Shown: piece by piece, positions 1-9,407 of the stretch
Layout of the letters: the number at the start of each line of letters is the position of its first letter
Position numbering within the stretch: position 1 is the first letter of the stretch
Translations under genes and position numbers: made by a program
Notes under the pieces: generated by a model
The model's database searches: none
What the model was told of the DNA's origin: nothing
What the model saw: only the letters and a program-made list of their open reading frames with translations
Assembly: GCA_046262615.1 (NCBI GenBank)
Contig: JBHEML010000005.1
Span: forward strand, 263 to 64,262
DNA length: 64,000 bases
From: Candidatus Limnocylindria bacterium
Lineage (GTDB): Bacteria > Chloroflexota > Limnocylindria > P2-11E
Direction: 5' to 3'

Positions 1-1
1 C

Positions 2-43
2 CTGTTCGACGAGCTGCACGCTGCCGTCGAGGGTCCCTCATGA
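2..43 (+). CDS. 3' end of upstream gene, probably SbcD nuclease (partial)
   Basis: Open frame LFDELHAAVEGPS* ends in an ATGA overlap with the sbcC start; sbcD normally precedes sbcC (inference from context). Confidence 0.5.
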   Translation: MFDELHAAVEGPS

Positions 44-2595
44 GGCCGATCCGTCTCGACCTCAAGGGCTTCACGGCGTTCCGTGAAGAGCAGGTCGTGG
101 ACTTCTCGCCGCTGGAGCTCTTCGCCATATCCGGCCCGACGGGTGCGGGGAAGTCGTCGATCCTCGACGCGATCACGTACGCCCTCTACGGCAAGGTGGA
201 GCGCGTCGGGAATGAATGCGGACAACTCATCAGCCAGGGGCTCCCGGCGATGGCCGTGACGTTCGAGTTCGGCTGCGGAGCGGAGCGGTACCGAGTGACG
301 CGCCGGACGTCCCGCATGGCGCCGACCAAGGTGATGCTCGAGCGGTTCGACGGCGCTGACTGGGTGGCCGAGGCGGGGCAAGTCCGGGACGTAGGCGCGA
401 AGATCGAGACGATCGTGGGCCTCGGGTACGACGGCTTCACGCGCGCCGTCCTGCTGCCGCAGGGCAAGTTCGACCAGTTCCTCGGAGGCGATGCCAACGT
501 CCGCCGGCGACTCCTCACCGATCTCCTGGGCCTCGAGCTCTTCGAGCGGATGTCGAAGATGGCGAACGCGCGCTTCGCGGATGCGGCGGCCACCCGGAGG
601 ACGAAGCAGGAGTTCCTGGTGACCACCTATGCGCACGTGACCGACGAGGCCATCGCGGCGCAACGGGAAGCGGCGGAAGAGGCACGCGAACGCGAGAGGC
701 GCATCGGAGCAGCGCGCAAGAGGGTCGGCGAGATCGTGAAGCGTGCGGACGCGCTGCGGTCGTCGGCGGACCAGTTCGGCGCTCTCGCGCGCGAAGCCGA
801 TGGGATCGCGCGCGCATGCACCGCACACTCGGAGCGCCTGCGCAGCCTCGGCCGCGACGCCGACAACGCCGAGACACTCTGGAAGGAGCGCGGCGCGGCC
901 GCGGCGACGGCCAAGAAGGCCGAGGAGCGGGCGCGCTCCGAGCACGACAGGACCGCGGCCAAGCTCGGCAAGGCCGCCGACATGGTGGCCGCGCGCGGGA
1001 AGGCCGAGCAACTGGAGGCGCTGCGCGCACATGCCGGTGACGCCCGAGTCGCGCTCGAAAAGGCGGAGGGCGCTGAGCCTGCGCGGCGCGCGGACTCCGT
1101 CCGCATGCAAGCCGAAGCGAAGGCGGCGGAGATGTCGGAGGCTCGCGCGAAAGCCGCGGTCGAGGAGGCGCGCGCGAGCCTCGATGCGCTGCGTCACGAC
1201 GAGGCGTTGGCGGCCGTCGCCCATGGGCTGCGCAAGGGCGATCCCTGCCCGGTGTGCGGTGGGCTGCTGAGGAAGCTCCCGCAGGCGCCCGCGGCGGCGT
1301 CGCTGAGGACGGCCGTGGGAACCGTCCGCTCCGCCGAGAAGGACCTCGAAGCGGCGCGCCGGAATTCAGCGAACCTCGCGCTGAAGGCCGCCGCCGCGGC
1401 CAACGCCGCGACGCAGGCGCTGCAAGAAGTCAAGAGGACGCGCGACGAGATCGGGCGGGAAGAGACGCACGCGACGGCGCTCGAACGGGATCTGTCGACG
1501 GTGCTCGGACCGAGGCTGCCCGCCGATATCGCGGCGGTGCTCACGGGTCGGATCGACCGGCTCGCGGCGCTGAACGGGGAGGCCGACGCGGCGCGCGACA
1601 CCCGGTTCGCCGCGGACGCGTCCGCGGCCGAGGCAAAGTTCAGCCTTGAACAGGTCAGGGGATCGGTCGCTACCCAGGTTGCGGCCATCCCGGTCGCGCA
1701 GACCGCGGGACTGCTCGAGCGAACCGCGCAGGCGGTGCCGGACGCGAAGCTGCCTCCGTTCGCCCTCGACCTCGATGTCGCGGAAGGCGCGACGCGGCTC
1801 GCGGAGCGCGCCGCGGCCGTAGGCGCTGGGCTCGTGAAGATCGCCGCGGAGCTACGACGTTTGGCTGAGGAACGGCTGGCGTCGGAACCGGAGATGCTGC
1901 GCGACGCCTTGGACGCCACCGACGGACTCGTCCCGGCGATGAGCAGCCTTGACGCGCTGGCGAACGCGATCGAGCTCGCCGCCAGGACCGCGACGAGCGA
2001 CGTCGCGACGTCGGAGACGAGAGCGAAGGATCTAGCGGACGCGCTCGCGCGCAAGCAGGCGCTGGGCGACGAGATCGCGCTGCTTGGGCGGCGCGCCGAC
2101 GCGCTCCGCGCGATCGGTCGCGACCTCCAGCAGAACGCGATCGTCGCGTTCCTCCAGGCGCAGGCCCTGCGCGGACTCGCGCGCGAAGGTGGCGCGCGGC
2201 TTCGCGAGCTCTCGGACAACCGGTACGAGCTGCGTCACGAGCGCGACGAGTTCTACGTCGCCGACCTCTGGAACGGCGAGGAGCAGCGCAGTGTGAAGAC
2301 GCTCTCTGGGGGCGAGACCTTTCTCGCCTCGCTCGCTCTCGCGCTTTCCCTTTCGGGTCAGATCTCGGCGTTGTCCTCCGGAGCCAGGGCCAGCCTCGAT
2401 AGCCTCTTCCTCGATGAGGGATTCGGATCGCTGGACAGCGAAGCGGTGGACCTCGTGATCAGGGGCCTCGAGCGCCTCCGATCCGACGGCCGCATGATCG
2501 GGGTCATCACGCACGTCCGCGAGATCACGGACCGGCTGCCGAGGATCGAGGTGCACAAGACCTTGACCGGCAGCCGGCTGGAGGTGGTGCCGTGA
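40..2595 (+). CDS. sbcC: SbcC/Rad50-type SMC family ATPase
   Basis: Walker A GPTGAGKSS, Q-loop LPQG, long coiled coil with CPVC zinc hook, signature LSGGE, Walker B LFLDEGFGSLD, H-loop ITH. Confidence 0.93.
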   Translation: MRPIRLDLKGFTAFREEQVVDFSPLELFAISGPTGAGKSSILDAITYALYGKVERVGNECGQLISQGLPAMAVTFEFGCGAERYRVTRRTSRMAPTKVMLERFDGADWVAEAGQVRDVGAKIETIVGLGYDGFTRAVLLPQGKFDQFLGGDANVRRRLLTDLLGLELFERMSKMANARFADAAATRRTKQEFLVTTYAHVTDEAIAAQREAAEEARERERRIGAARKRVGEIVKRADALRSSADQFGALAREADGIARACTAHSERLRSLGRDADNAETLWKERGAAAATAKKAEERARSEHDRTAAKLGKAADMVAARGKAEQLEALRAHAGDARVALEKAEGAEPARRADSVRMQAEAKAAEMSEARAKAAVEEARASLDALRHDEALAAVAHGLRKGDPCPVCGGLLRKLPQAPAAASLRTAVGTVRSAEKDLEAARRNSANLALKAAAAANAATQALQEVKRTRDEIGREETHATALERDLSTVLGPRLPADIAAVLTGRIDRLAALNGEADAARDTRFAADASAAEAKFSLEQVRGSVATQVAAIPVAQTAGLLERTAQAVPDAKLPPFALDLDVAEGATRLAERAAAVGAGLVKIAAELRRLAEERLASEPEMLRDALDATDGLVPAMSSLDALANAIELAARTATSDVATSETRAKDLADALARKQALGDEIALLGRRADALRAIGRDLQQNAIVAFLQAQALRGLAREGGARLRELSDNRYELRHERDEFYVADLWNGEEQRSVKTLSGGETFLASLALALSLSGQISALSSGARASLDSLFLDEGFGSLDSEAVDLVIRGLERLRSDGRMIGVITHVREITDRLPRIEVHKTLTGSRLEVVP

Positions 2596-3548
2596 CCGCG
2601 ATCAGCGCGATGGAGCGCACGATGCTCGGACAACCTGACGCGTTGGCGCGGATCCTCGCGGACGACGGCTCCGTCGACGCCGCGGCGGAACGGATCCGCG
2701 GCCGTCGCGTCTGGCTCGTGGGAACGGGGACGAGCTGGCACGCCGCGAGTCTCGGCGCGTTCTGGCTTCGTGTCGCACGGCTCGACGCTATCGCGGTGCA
2801 AGCCGCAGACGCTGCGCTCTACGGCCCGCCCGCCGCGAAGGACGAGGCGGTCATCGTGATCAGCCACCGCGGCACGAAGGCCTACACGAGCCGCGTGCTC
2901 GACGACGCACGTGCGCAAGGCGTCCCGTCCGTTCTCATCAGCCGGATCGGCATGGCCGGCGCCGACCTGGAGACGGTCGAGAGCGAGATCTCCTCGGCGC
3001 ACACCGCGAGCTACACCGGAAGCCTGTTGCGGCTCGCGCAGCTCGCCGTCGCCCTCGGCGCCGACCTCGGACCGCTGGCCGATGTGCCGGCCGCGGTCGC
3101 AGCCGCGATGCGGGGACCGAGCCCGGCCTTGCCTCCTCCGGAACGCTCGCTCGAGTACGTCGGCGCCGGCCCGAACCAGTGGACGGCCGCGGAGGGAGCG
3201 CTGAAGGTGCGGGAGACGGCATACGTCGCGGCCGCCGGGTATTCGTTCGAGCAATTCCTCCATGGGCCGAGCGTCTCGCTCGGCGACAAGGACGCTCTGG
3301 TATGCCTCGACGGCGGGGGTCCGGGGTCCGAGAGGCTGCGCGAGATCGCGACCGCGGCCGAGCGCAGCGGGATCCGCGTGCACCGCTTCGCAGAGAACGC
3401 CCTCGGGGAGCCGCTATCGGTCTTCCCGCTGACGGTCGTCGTGCAGCGCGTCGCGCTCGAGTGCGCTGCGGCGCTCGGAACCGATCCCGACAGTTTCGGC
3501 CTCGACCGTCCCGGTCACCGCGAGACCTGGGGCGCGATCGCGCTCTGA
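2592..3548 (+). CDS. SIS-domain sugar isomerase/deglycase (GlmS C-terminal-like)
   Basis: GTGTSWHAA, ISHRG, EGALKVRE, EQFLHGP motifs of tandem SIS domains; GTGA overlap with sbcC. Confidence 0.85.
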   Translation: MTAISAMERTMLGQPDALARILADDGSVDAAAERIRGRRVWLVGTGTSWHAASLGAFWLRVARLDAIAVQAADAALYGPPAAKDEAVIVISHRGTKAYTSRVLDDARAQGVPSVLISRIGMAGADLETVESEISSAHTASYTGSLLRLAQLAVALGADLGPLADVPAAVAAAMRGPSPALPPPERSLEYVGAGPNQWTAAEGALKVRETAYVAAAGYSFEQFLHGPSVSLGDKDALVCLDGGGPGSERLREIATAAERSGIRVHRFAENALGEPLSVFPLTVVVQRVALECAAALGTDPDSFGLDRPGHRETWGAIAL

Positions 3549-3673
3549 CGGGCGCGATCAAATTGTCGAACCCCAGGCCTGCCCACCCTACGTTTTGAAA
3601 CCAGTGACGCGGCTCGTCGGACTCAGGGCGCGGCGCTGACCATCGAAAGCATGCCGCGACCGGCCGAGCTCGA

Positions 3674-4060
3674 ATGAGCCATATCGCCTTGGTCGAAGGG
3701 ATCCGCACGGGAGCCGCGCTAGGTGTCGGCATCGTCGCGCTTGCCGTGGCCGGTCTCGCGCCCGCTTTCTCGTGGATCCCGGAGGTGCCGCTGATCGTGG
3801 TGGCCATTCTGCTGCCGCTCGCCGCGTACGGACTGACCGGATTCCGGGTGGGCAGGCGCTCACAGCGGATGCTCGGCGGCCTGCTCGCCGGCGCGGTCGC
3901 GGGCGCCCTAAGCGGGGGGATCGGCGGCGTGTCCTATGTGGTCTTCGGCAAGCCCTTCTTGAATATCGCGGTCGGACTGGTCGTTGGCTCCGTGGGTGGC
4001 GCGCTCGCGGGAGCTCTTGGGGCGCAGTTCGGGATCAGGCGACGCGGCGCCGATGTTTGA
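3674..4060 (+). CDS. Small Gly-rich membrane protein (about 4 TM)
   Basis: Four hydrophobic Gly/Ala-rich segments. Confidence 0.65.
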   Translation: MSHIALVEGIRTGAALGVGIVALAVAGLAPAFSWIPEVPLIVVAILLPLAAYGLTGFRVGRRSQRMLGGLLAGAVAGALSGGIGGVSYVVFGKPFLNIAVGLVVGSVGGALAGALGAQFGIRRRGADV

Positions 4061-4160
4061 TCCTGAAGAGGCGGCCTCTTCGTCGGCGCGAAGCTGGAGC
4101 GCGAATGGATCGACGAGAGCCACGGCTGGTGGCGCCGAAGAGACGCGCCGTGCGAGCCGT

Positions 4161-4348
4161 GTGAACTCTTGGATTCTGGCGCCGCGTGGAGCTGACCGAC
4201 CCGAAGGGGCTGCTCGGGGTGCAGGCGACCGCATGAAGCACGTGAACATCCGGCCGCCGGGGACCGTCGACAAGCGCCAGCCGACCACCTGGGTCAACAG
4301 GCGATCAAGGTCAACTCGGTAGAGGGGGACCCGACCGAAAGACGTTAG
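4161..4348 (+). pseudogene. Frameshifted remnant of a DUF1801/YdhG-like gene
   Basis: Joining frames gives VN-LGFWR-VELTDPKGLL-G-GDRMKHVNIR..VDKRQ..TWV-QAIKVN..GDPT, resembling the DUF1801 C-terminus; needs about 3 frameshifts. Confidence 0.55.
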
Positions 4349-4388
4349 CGGCGGTCGGTGATCCTTCCGGCTGCGAGCCTCGTACCGC

Positions 4389-4406
4389 CTGTCATGCCAC
4401 TGTCAT
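4389..4406 (+). promoter_or_regulatory. Pho-box/OmpR-family-like direct repeat
   Basis: CTGTCAT-gcca-CTGTCAT with an 11-bp period, about 80 bp upstream of the epimerase operon. Confidence 0.6.
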
Positions 4407-4488
4407 CTACAGCGGGCATGGTCCGCAGTGGGATGCAGTGGGTGCCGATCCATGCCGCGCCAGAACATGCTGCCAGCGTCCTTCGGGC

Positions 4489-5538
4489 GTGAGGCTGGTC
4501 GTGACCGGTGCGGCCGGATTCGTCGGATCCCATGTCGTGGACGCCCTCATCGCGCGCGGCCACGAGGTGGTTGGGATCGACAGCATCGACCCTCGCGTGC
4601 ATCACGCAGCCCCTGACTACCTCAATCCGGCGGCTCGATACGTTTTCGCGGATGTTCTCGATGGTCCCATGCTCGAGCGCGAGCTGCGAGGTGCCGACGG
4701 CATCTCGCACCAGGCGGCGATGGTCGGGTATGGCGCCGGCCTCGAAGACGCGCCGTTGTTCGCTCGGGCCAACGATGTCGGTACCGCAACGCTCCTCCGC
4801 GCTGCCGCCCGAGTGGGCGTGAGGCGCTTGGTCCTGGCCAGCAGCATGGTGGTGTACGGCGACGGCGCGTACTCCTGCTCCGTCCACGGCGCCCAACGGC
4901 CGGGCCCTCGCGCCGCGGCGGACCTCGCTGCGCGTCGCTTCGAGCCGGCGTGTCCACGCTGCGGCGCACGACTTGCCTCCGAGCTCACGTGCGAGGACGC
5001 ACCGCTCGAGCCGCGCAGCATCTACGCGGCGACCAAGGTGCACCAAGAGCATCTGTCCTTTGTCGCGATGCGGGAAGGGGGCCCGCTGGTGACGGCGCTT
5101 CGTTACCACAACGTCTATGGGGCCAGGATGTCGCGCGATACTCCGTACGCTGGCGTAGCCAGCTTTTTTCGCAGTCAGATCGCCTCCGGTAAAGCGGCGC
5201 GAGTGTTCGAGGATGGCGGCCAGCGGCGCGATTTCGTGCACGTCGATCGAGTTGCCGCCGCGAACGTCGCCGCGATCGAACGATCTCAGCCATTCGTCGG
5301 TCCGCTCAACATCGGGAGCGGCGAGTCCCACACCATCCTCGATCTTGCGCGCGCTCTGGCTGGATCCTTGGGCGCGGGTGCACCGCACGTGACGGGTGAG
5401 TACCGCGTCGGAGACGTACGCCACATCGTCGCTTCATCGCAGCGTGCCGAGGAAGAGCTGCGGCTGCCTCCGGCGATCGCGTTCGAAGCAGGTGTCGCGG
5501 CGTTTGCGGGTGCTCCCTTACGCGAAGCGGCCCAGTGA
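4489..5538 (+). CDS. NAD-dependent epimerase/dehydratase (extended SDR)
   Basis: VTGAAGFVGS Rossmann motif, ASSMVVYG, YAATK catalytic motif, LRYHNVYG; Cys/His insert (CSVH..CPRC); start moved to GTG 4489. Confidence 0.9.
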   Translation: MRLVVTGAAGFVGSHVVDALIARGHEVVGIDSIDPRVHHAAPDYLNPAARYVFADVLDGPMLERELRGADGISHQAAMVGYGAGLEDAPLFARANDVGTATLLRAAARVGVRRLVLASSMVVYGDGAYSCSVHGAQRPGPRAAADLAARRFEPACPRCGARLASELTCEDAPLEPRSIYAATKVHQEHLSFVAMREGGPLVTALRYHNVYGARMSRDTPYAGVASFFRSQIASGKAARVFEDGGQRRDFVHVDRVAAANVAAIERSQPFVGPLNIGSGESHTILDLARALAGSLGAGAPHVTGEYRVGDVRHIVASSQRAEEELRLPPAIAFEAGVAAFAGAPLREAAQ

Positions 5539-6206
5539 CCAGGGCCGCGCGTACCGTCGCGATCTTGACGAAGTGGCCCCGGGTGGGTCGCGCAAAGCGG
5601 CGCCTCGCCCTCGACGTTGGGCGCTTCGCCGCTCGAGATCTCGCGCGCGCATTCCTGCGCGACACGCTCGCTGTCGCGCAGGCCGCTCGCCCTGACCAAA
5701 CGCTCATCGTCTTCGCCCCTCGCGCGGCCCGACACCATTTCGCCCGCCTGGCTCCACGAGCGACCCTGGTGGCGCAGCCGCGAACAGGTTTCGGTCCGAG
5801 GCTCGCGTACGCCCTGGGCGCAGGGATCGGTATGAGCCGCGCGGTCGTGCTGATCGCCACCGATGCCCCTACCCTCCGGGCCGCTTCCATAGGCGAGGCG
5901 TTCGAGTCGCTCGAATCAGGCCGCGACCTGGTGCTGGGACCGAGCGATGACGGTGGTTACTACCTCATCGGCTGCCGCGCACCACTGCCGCCATCGCTCT
6001 TCGCACACATGCCGTGGAGCACCGCCGCCGTGCTTCAGATCACGCTCCAACGCGCTCGCTCCCTGGGGATCGATGTCGCGCTATTGGAGCCCTGGTACGA
6101 CGTCGACGATGAGGTCTCCCTCGGCCGACTACGCGCGGACGCCGCTGGTCTGAGCCGCGCGGCACACACGGCACGGGCGTTGCGTGACCTGGACCTCATC
6201 CGGTGA
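5535..6206 (+). CDS. DUF2064/TIGR04282-type CofC-like transferase
   Basis: K-x-P-x-x-GRAKRRL, ATDAP, LVLGPSDDGGYYLIG, MPWST, WYDVD motifs. Confidence 0.85.
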   Translation: MTRAARTVAILTKWPRVGRAKRRLALDVGRFAARDLARAFLRDTLAVAQAARPDQTLIVFAPRAARHHFARLAPRATLVAQPRTGFGPRLAYALGAGIGMSRAVVLIATDAPTLRAASIGEAFESLESGRDLVLGPSDDGGYYLIGCRAPLPPSLFAHMPWSTAAVLQITLQRARSLGIDVALLEPWYDVDDEVSLGRLRADAAGLSRAAHTARALRDLDLIR

Positions 6207-6916
6207 GCGGGGTGGCGCGCGCCGCGGTCATCGTACCGGCGCGGAACGAAGTGGAGACGATCGGTTCGGTCGTCGCCGGCCTGCGGAGCGCCGGTGCCGG
6301 CCGGATCGTGGTGGTCGATAACGGCAGCACCGATGGGACCGCGGGCGCCGCGATCGAAGGCGGGGCGGATGTGATCGTCGCGCCGAGGACCGGCTACGGG
6401 TGGAGCTGTCTCGCCGGCGTTCGGGCGACGGCCGACTTCGAGATCGTCGCTTTCATCGACGGCGACGGCAGCTTCGATCCGGCCGACCTCGCCGGGCTCG
6501 TCGAGCTCGTGGCATCGGGTGAGGCCGACCTCGCGCTCGGCGCGCGCACGCGATCGTCGATGCCGGCTCATCAGCGGGCGGGGAATCGATTGACGCTTGC
6601 TCTACTGCGTTCCTGGTATGGCATCAGCGTCGGCGACGTCGCGCCACTGCGCGCCGTGCGTCGGGATCTCCTGGGAGCGCTCGACATGCAGGGAACGCGC
6701 TACGGCTGGCTGGTCGAGATGCTCGCCAAGGCAGCCCGATGTGGCCTGCGCATCGCCGTCCGGCGCGTGTCCTATGGACCTCGGGTGGCCGGAACGAGCA
6801 AGGTCTCCGGTTCGATGAAGGGGAGCATGCTCGCGGGCTCCGACTTCCTCCGCGCGCTCATCGCGTATCGCGCGTGGTCGCCCGACTCTTCCTTGCGCCG
6901 CGACACGTCGTCGTGA
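6203..6916 (+). CDS. Glycosyltransferase family 2 (polyprenol-phosphate hexose synthase-like)
   Basis: IVPARNE, VVDNGSTDGT, FIDGDGS, SKVSG motifs. Confidence 0.9.
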   Translation: MSGVARAAVIVPARNEVETIGSVVAGLRSAGAGRIVVVDNGSTDGTAGAAIEGGADVIVAPRTGYGWSCLAGVRATADFEIVAFIDGDGSFDPADLAGLVELVASGEADLALGARTRSSMPAHQRAGNRLTLALLRSWYGISVGDVAPLRAVRRDLLGALDMQGTRYGWLVEMLAKAARCGLRIAVRRVSYGPRVAGTSKVSGSMKGSMLAGSDFLRALIAYRAWSPDSSLRRDTSS

Positions 6917-6939
6917 CGGTCGTGACGGTCGTGACGGTC
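6913..6939 (+). repeat. 9-bp tandem repeat (GTGACGGTC)x3
   Basis: Three exact copies at the GT2/aminotransferase junction. Confidence 0.85.
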
Positions 6940-8040
6940 GCAAGGGTCGAGCGCCCTTTCTCACAGTGCGGTCTCGAGCGCTGGTTTGCGGCGAACGCCA
7001 CGGCACGGATCGACCTCGCAAGCTCTGGCGCTCCCGCACGGTCCCTCGCGGACCTTCTCTCGTGGGCGGATCCATCGGAGCGGTCTCGCATCGACAAGAT
7101 GTCCCTGGGGTATGGGGCAGGTGAGGGAAGCCTCCCGCTCCGCTCCGCCATCGCGGCGGCGCACCCGACCGTCCGCCCCGACGATGTGGCTGTGACCTGC
7201 GGAGCCATCGAGGCGCTCCACTTGTCGCTGGCCGCCCTGGTGGCGCCGGGCGACGATGTGATCGTCCAGGAGCCGATGTATCCGGCGGCAGTCGGGATCG
7301 CCGAAGGTCGCGGCGCGCGTGTCGTCCCCTGGCGGCTCGTTCCCGAAAGCGGCTTCCGCGCATCGATCGACGAGCTCGGCGATCTCGTCACGCCGCGCAC
7401 GCGCGTCGTGGTCATCGCTCAGCCCAACGGGCCGTCAGGCTCGATCCTCGAGAGGGATGATCTCCGTGCGCTGGCCGGCGTCCTCGCGCCGCGCGGCGTG
7501 TGGCTGCTCTCCGATGAGGTGTACCGGGATCTCGTTCTCGAGCCCGGCCTTTCCGTATGCTCGGCCGCGGAGATCTACGAGCGGGCGGTCACCGTCGGCG
7601 ACGTGAGCAAGCCATACGGACTGGGTGGCTTGCGCATCGGCTGGCTCATCAGCCGTGATCCTGACCTGCGCCAGCGCATCGCCGCGCACCGGGACTACAC
7701 GACGATCTCGGTGCCAACCATCTCCGACGCTCTTGCCACCATCGCCATCCGTCACGGGCAGGAACTTCTCGCAAAGCCTCTGCGCAACGCGCGATCGAAC
7801 CTGCGTCAGCTCGAAGGGATCCGCAGGCGCACGAGCCTTTCTTTCACCACGCCTCGTGCCGGAGTCACCGCCTTCGTGCGGCTGCCTCATGCGGAGGAGG
7901 CTCAGCGGAGGCTGGCAAGGCAGGGGGTGCTGATGGTCCCGGGCGCGCTGTTCGGGCACCCCGATCGCGTACGCATCGGACTCGCCGGTTCGCCGGCCGA
8001 GTTCGAGAGCGGCATGAGACATCTGGAGCAGGTCGCTTGA
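6913..8040 (+). CDS. PLP-dependent aminotransferase class I/II family protein
   Basis: QPNGPSG, LLSDEVY, SKPYGLGGLRIGW (PLP lysine); GTG start overlaps the GT2 stop. Confidence 0.85.
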   Translation: MTVVTVVTVARVERPFSQCGLERWFAANATARIDLASSGAPARSLADLLSWADPSERSRIDKMSLGYGAGEGSLPLRSAIAAAHPTVRPDDVAVTCGAIEALHLSLAALVAPGDDVIVQEPMYPAAVGIAEGRGARVVPWRLVPESGFRASIDELGDLVTPRTRVVVIAQPNGPSGSILERDDLRALAGVLAPRGVWLLSDEVYRDLVLEPGLSVCSAAEIYERAVTVGDVSKPYGLGGLRIGWLISRDPDLRQRIAAHRDYTTISVPTISDALATIAIRHGQELLAKPLRNARSNLRQLEGIRRRTSLSFTTPRAGVTAFVRLPHAEEAQRRLARQGVLMVPGALFGHPDRVRIGLAGSPAEFESGMRHLEQVA

Positions 8041-9407
8041 GCCTGGTGGATCGCGCGTCAACGCGGCCGTTCCTGGCCATGTTCGCAGCGCTGTGGCTCG
8101 GTTACGCGTTGGTCGGCATCTGGACGACCGCGCGGATCAGCGCGACGGGCGACGAGCCGTTCTACCTCATGGCCGCGGACGCCCTCGTGCACGGCGAGGG
8201 ATTCGACATGTCGGAGCGATTCGAGTCGATCGCCGCCAGCAGCTACGCCCCGGACCCGCCCCTCAGCCGTGAGAGGTTTCTTGCCCAGACCGCCCCATCA
8301 GTTGGCGGCGACGGACGGTTCCCGCTGCACGACCTCGGCCTCTCGCTGCTGATTGCCGCCCCCTTCGTTCTCGGTGGCCGCGCACTGGTGGCCGCCCTCC
8401 TTGCCGGCGCGATGGCGGCTGCCGTCGTGCTGGGCGTGCGGGCCGCGCGGGAGCTCGGCGTTTCGCGCGGAGCCGCGTTCGTCGGCGGCTCCCTGACGGC
8501 GCTGGCCGCGCCGGCGCTGACGTACTCAGGGCAGGTGTTCCCGGACGCCCTGGCGGCGCTGCCCGTCGCGGTCGCCCTCTGTGCGCTTGTCGGATCCCTT
8601 CCGCGCGCGTGGCTCGGCCTTTCGGTGGCCGTCCTTCCCGTGCTGCATCTGCGCTTCTGGCCGCTCGCTGTCGGTCTGCTATTTGCGGCGTTCATGTTCG
8701 GGAAGATGAGCCGCAGCGATCTCCCGAGGCAGTTGCTTCCGCTCGTCGCTGTCGTGACCGCGATCGCGGCGATCGACGGTCTCGTCTACGGCCTACCGGT
8801 GCCGCATGCCGGCTTCCTCTTGTTCTTCCGCGAGGGGGCGGCCGGTCCGGTGGCGGCGTACACGGCGCACGACGCCGGTGGGGTGCTCGGGCTCTTCTTC
8901 GACCGTTCTCGCGGACTGGTCGCTGCGGCTCCGATCGCGATGCTCGCGTTCGCGGGCGCCGGAGCGCTCACGGCCGGCCGACTGGGCCGATCGCTCCTGC
9001 TCGGGATCGTCCCTTACCTGGTGGCTGTTTCCCTCCTCGACTGGACCGGCGCGTACTCCCCTCACGCGCGTTACCTCGCGCCGCTCGTTGCGATCCTGGT
9101 GGCCGCCATCAGCGGTGGGGTGGCACGCGCTCCGCTCGCCGCTTGCCTCCTCGGAGCCTGGACCGTGTTCCAGTCCGGCATCTACGTGGTCGCCGCCGAG
9201 CTCCGATACGACCGGCTCGGCGCCGTGCCGCTCGCCGACCAGGTGTGGACGGGGATATTGGGGTTCGCCCCGAGCGCGCTCTTCCCCGTCGTCGGGCGCG
9301 ATGAAGCTCAGATGACCGGCGCGGTACTGGCCGCAGGGATCCTCTTCCTCGCGGGCGCATGGCGGCATCCGAGCCGATCGTTCCTGTTCCGCAGGAGCGT
9401 CGCGTGA
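8037..9407 (+). CDS. Multi-pass membrane protein, GT-C fold glycosyltransferase-like
   Basis: TM1 followed by TGDEPFY acidic loop, many TM helices, late ARYLAP motif typical of PMT/ArnT-like GT-C proteins. Confidence 0.65.
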   Translation: MSLVDRASTRPFLAMFAALWLGYALVGIWTTARISATGDEPFYLMAADALVHGEGFDMSERFESIAASSYAPDPPLSRERFLAQTAPSVGGDGRFPLHDLGLSLLIAAPFVLGGRALVAALLAGAMAAAVVLGVRAARELGVSRGAAFVGGSLTALAAPALTYSGQVFPDALAALPVAVALCALVGSLPRAWLGLSVAVLPVLHLRFWPLAVGLLFAAFMFGKMSRSDLPRQLLPLVAVVTAIAAIDGLVYGLPVPHAGFLLFFREGAAGPVAAYTAHDAGGVLGLFFDRSRGLVAAAPIAMLAFAGAGALTAGRLGRSLLLGIVPYLVAVSLLDWTGAYSPHARYLAPLVAILVAAISGGVARAPLAACLLGAWTVFQSGIYVVAAELRYDRLGAVPLADQVWTGILGFAPSALFPVVGRDEAQMTGAVLAAGILFLAGAWRHPSRSFLFRRSVA

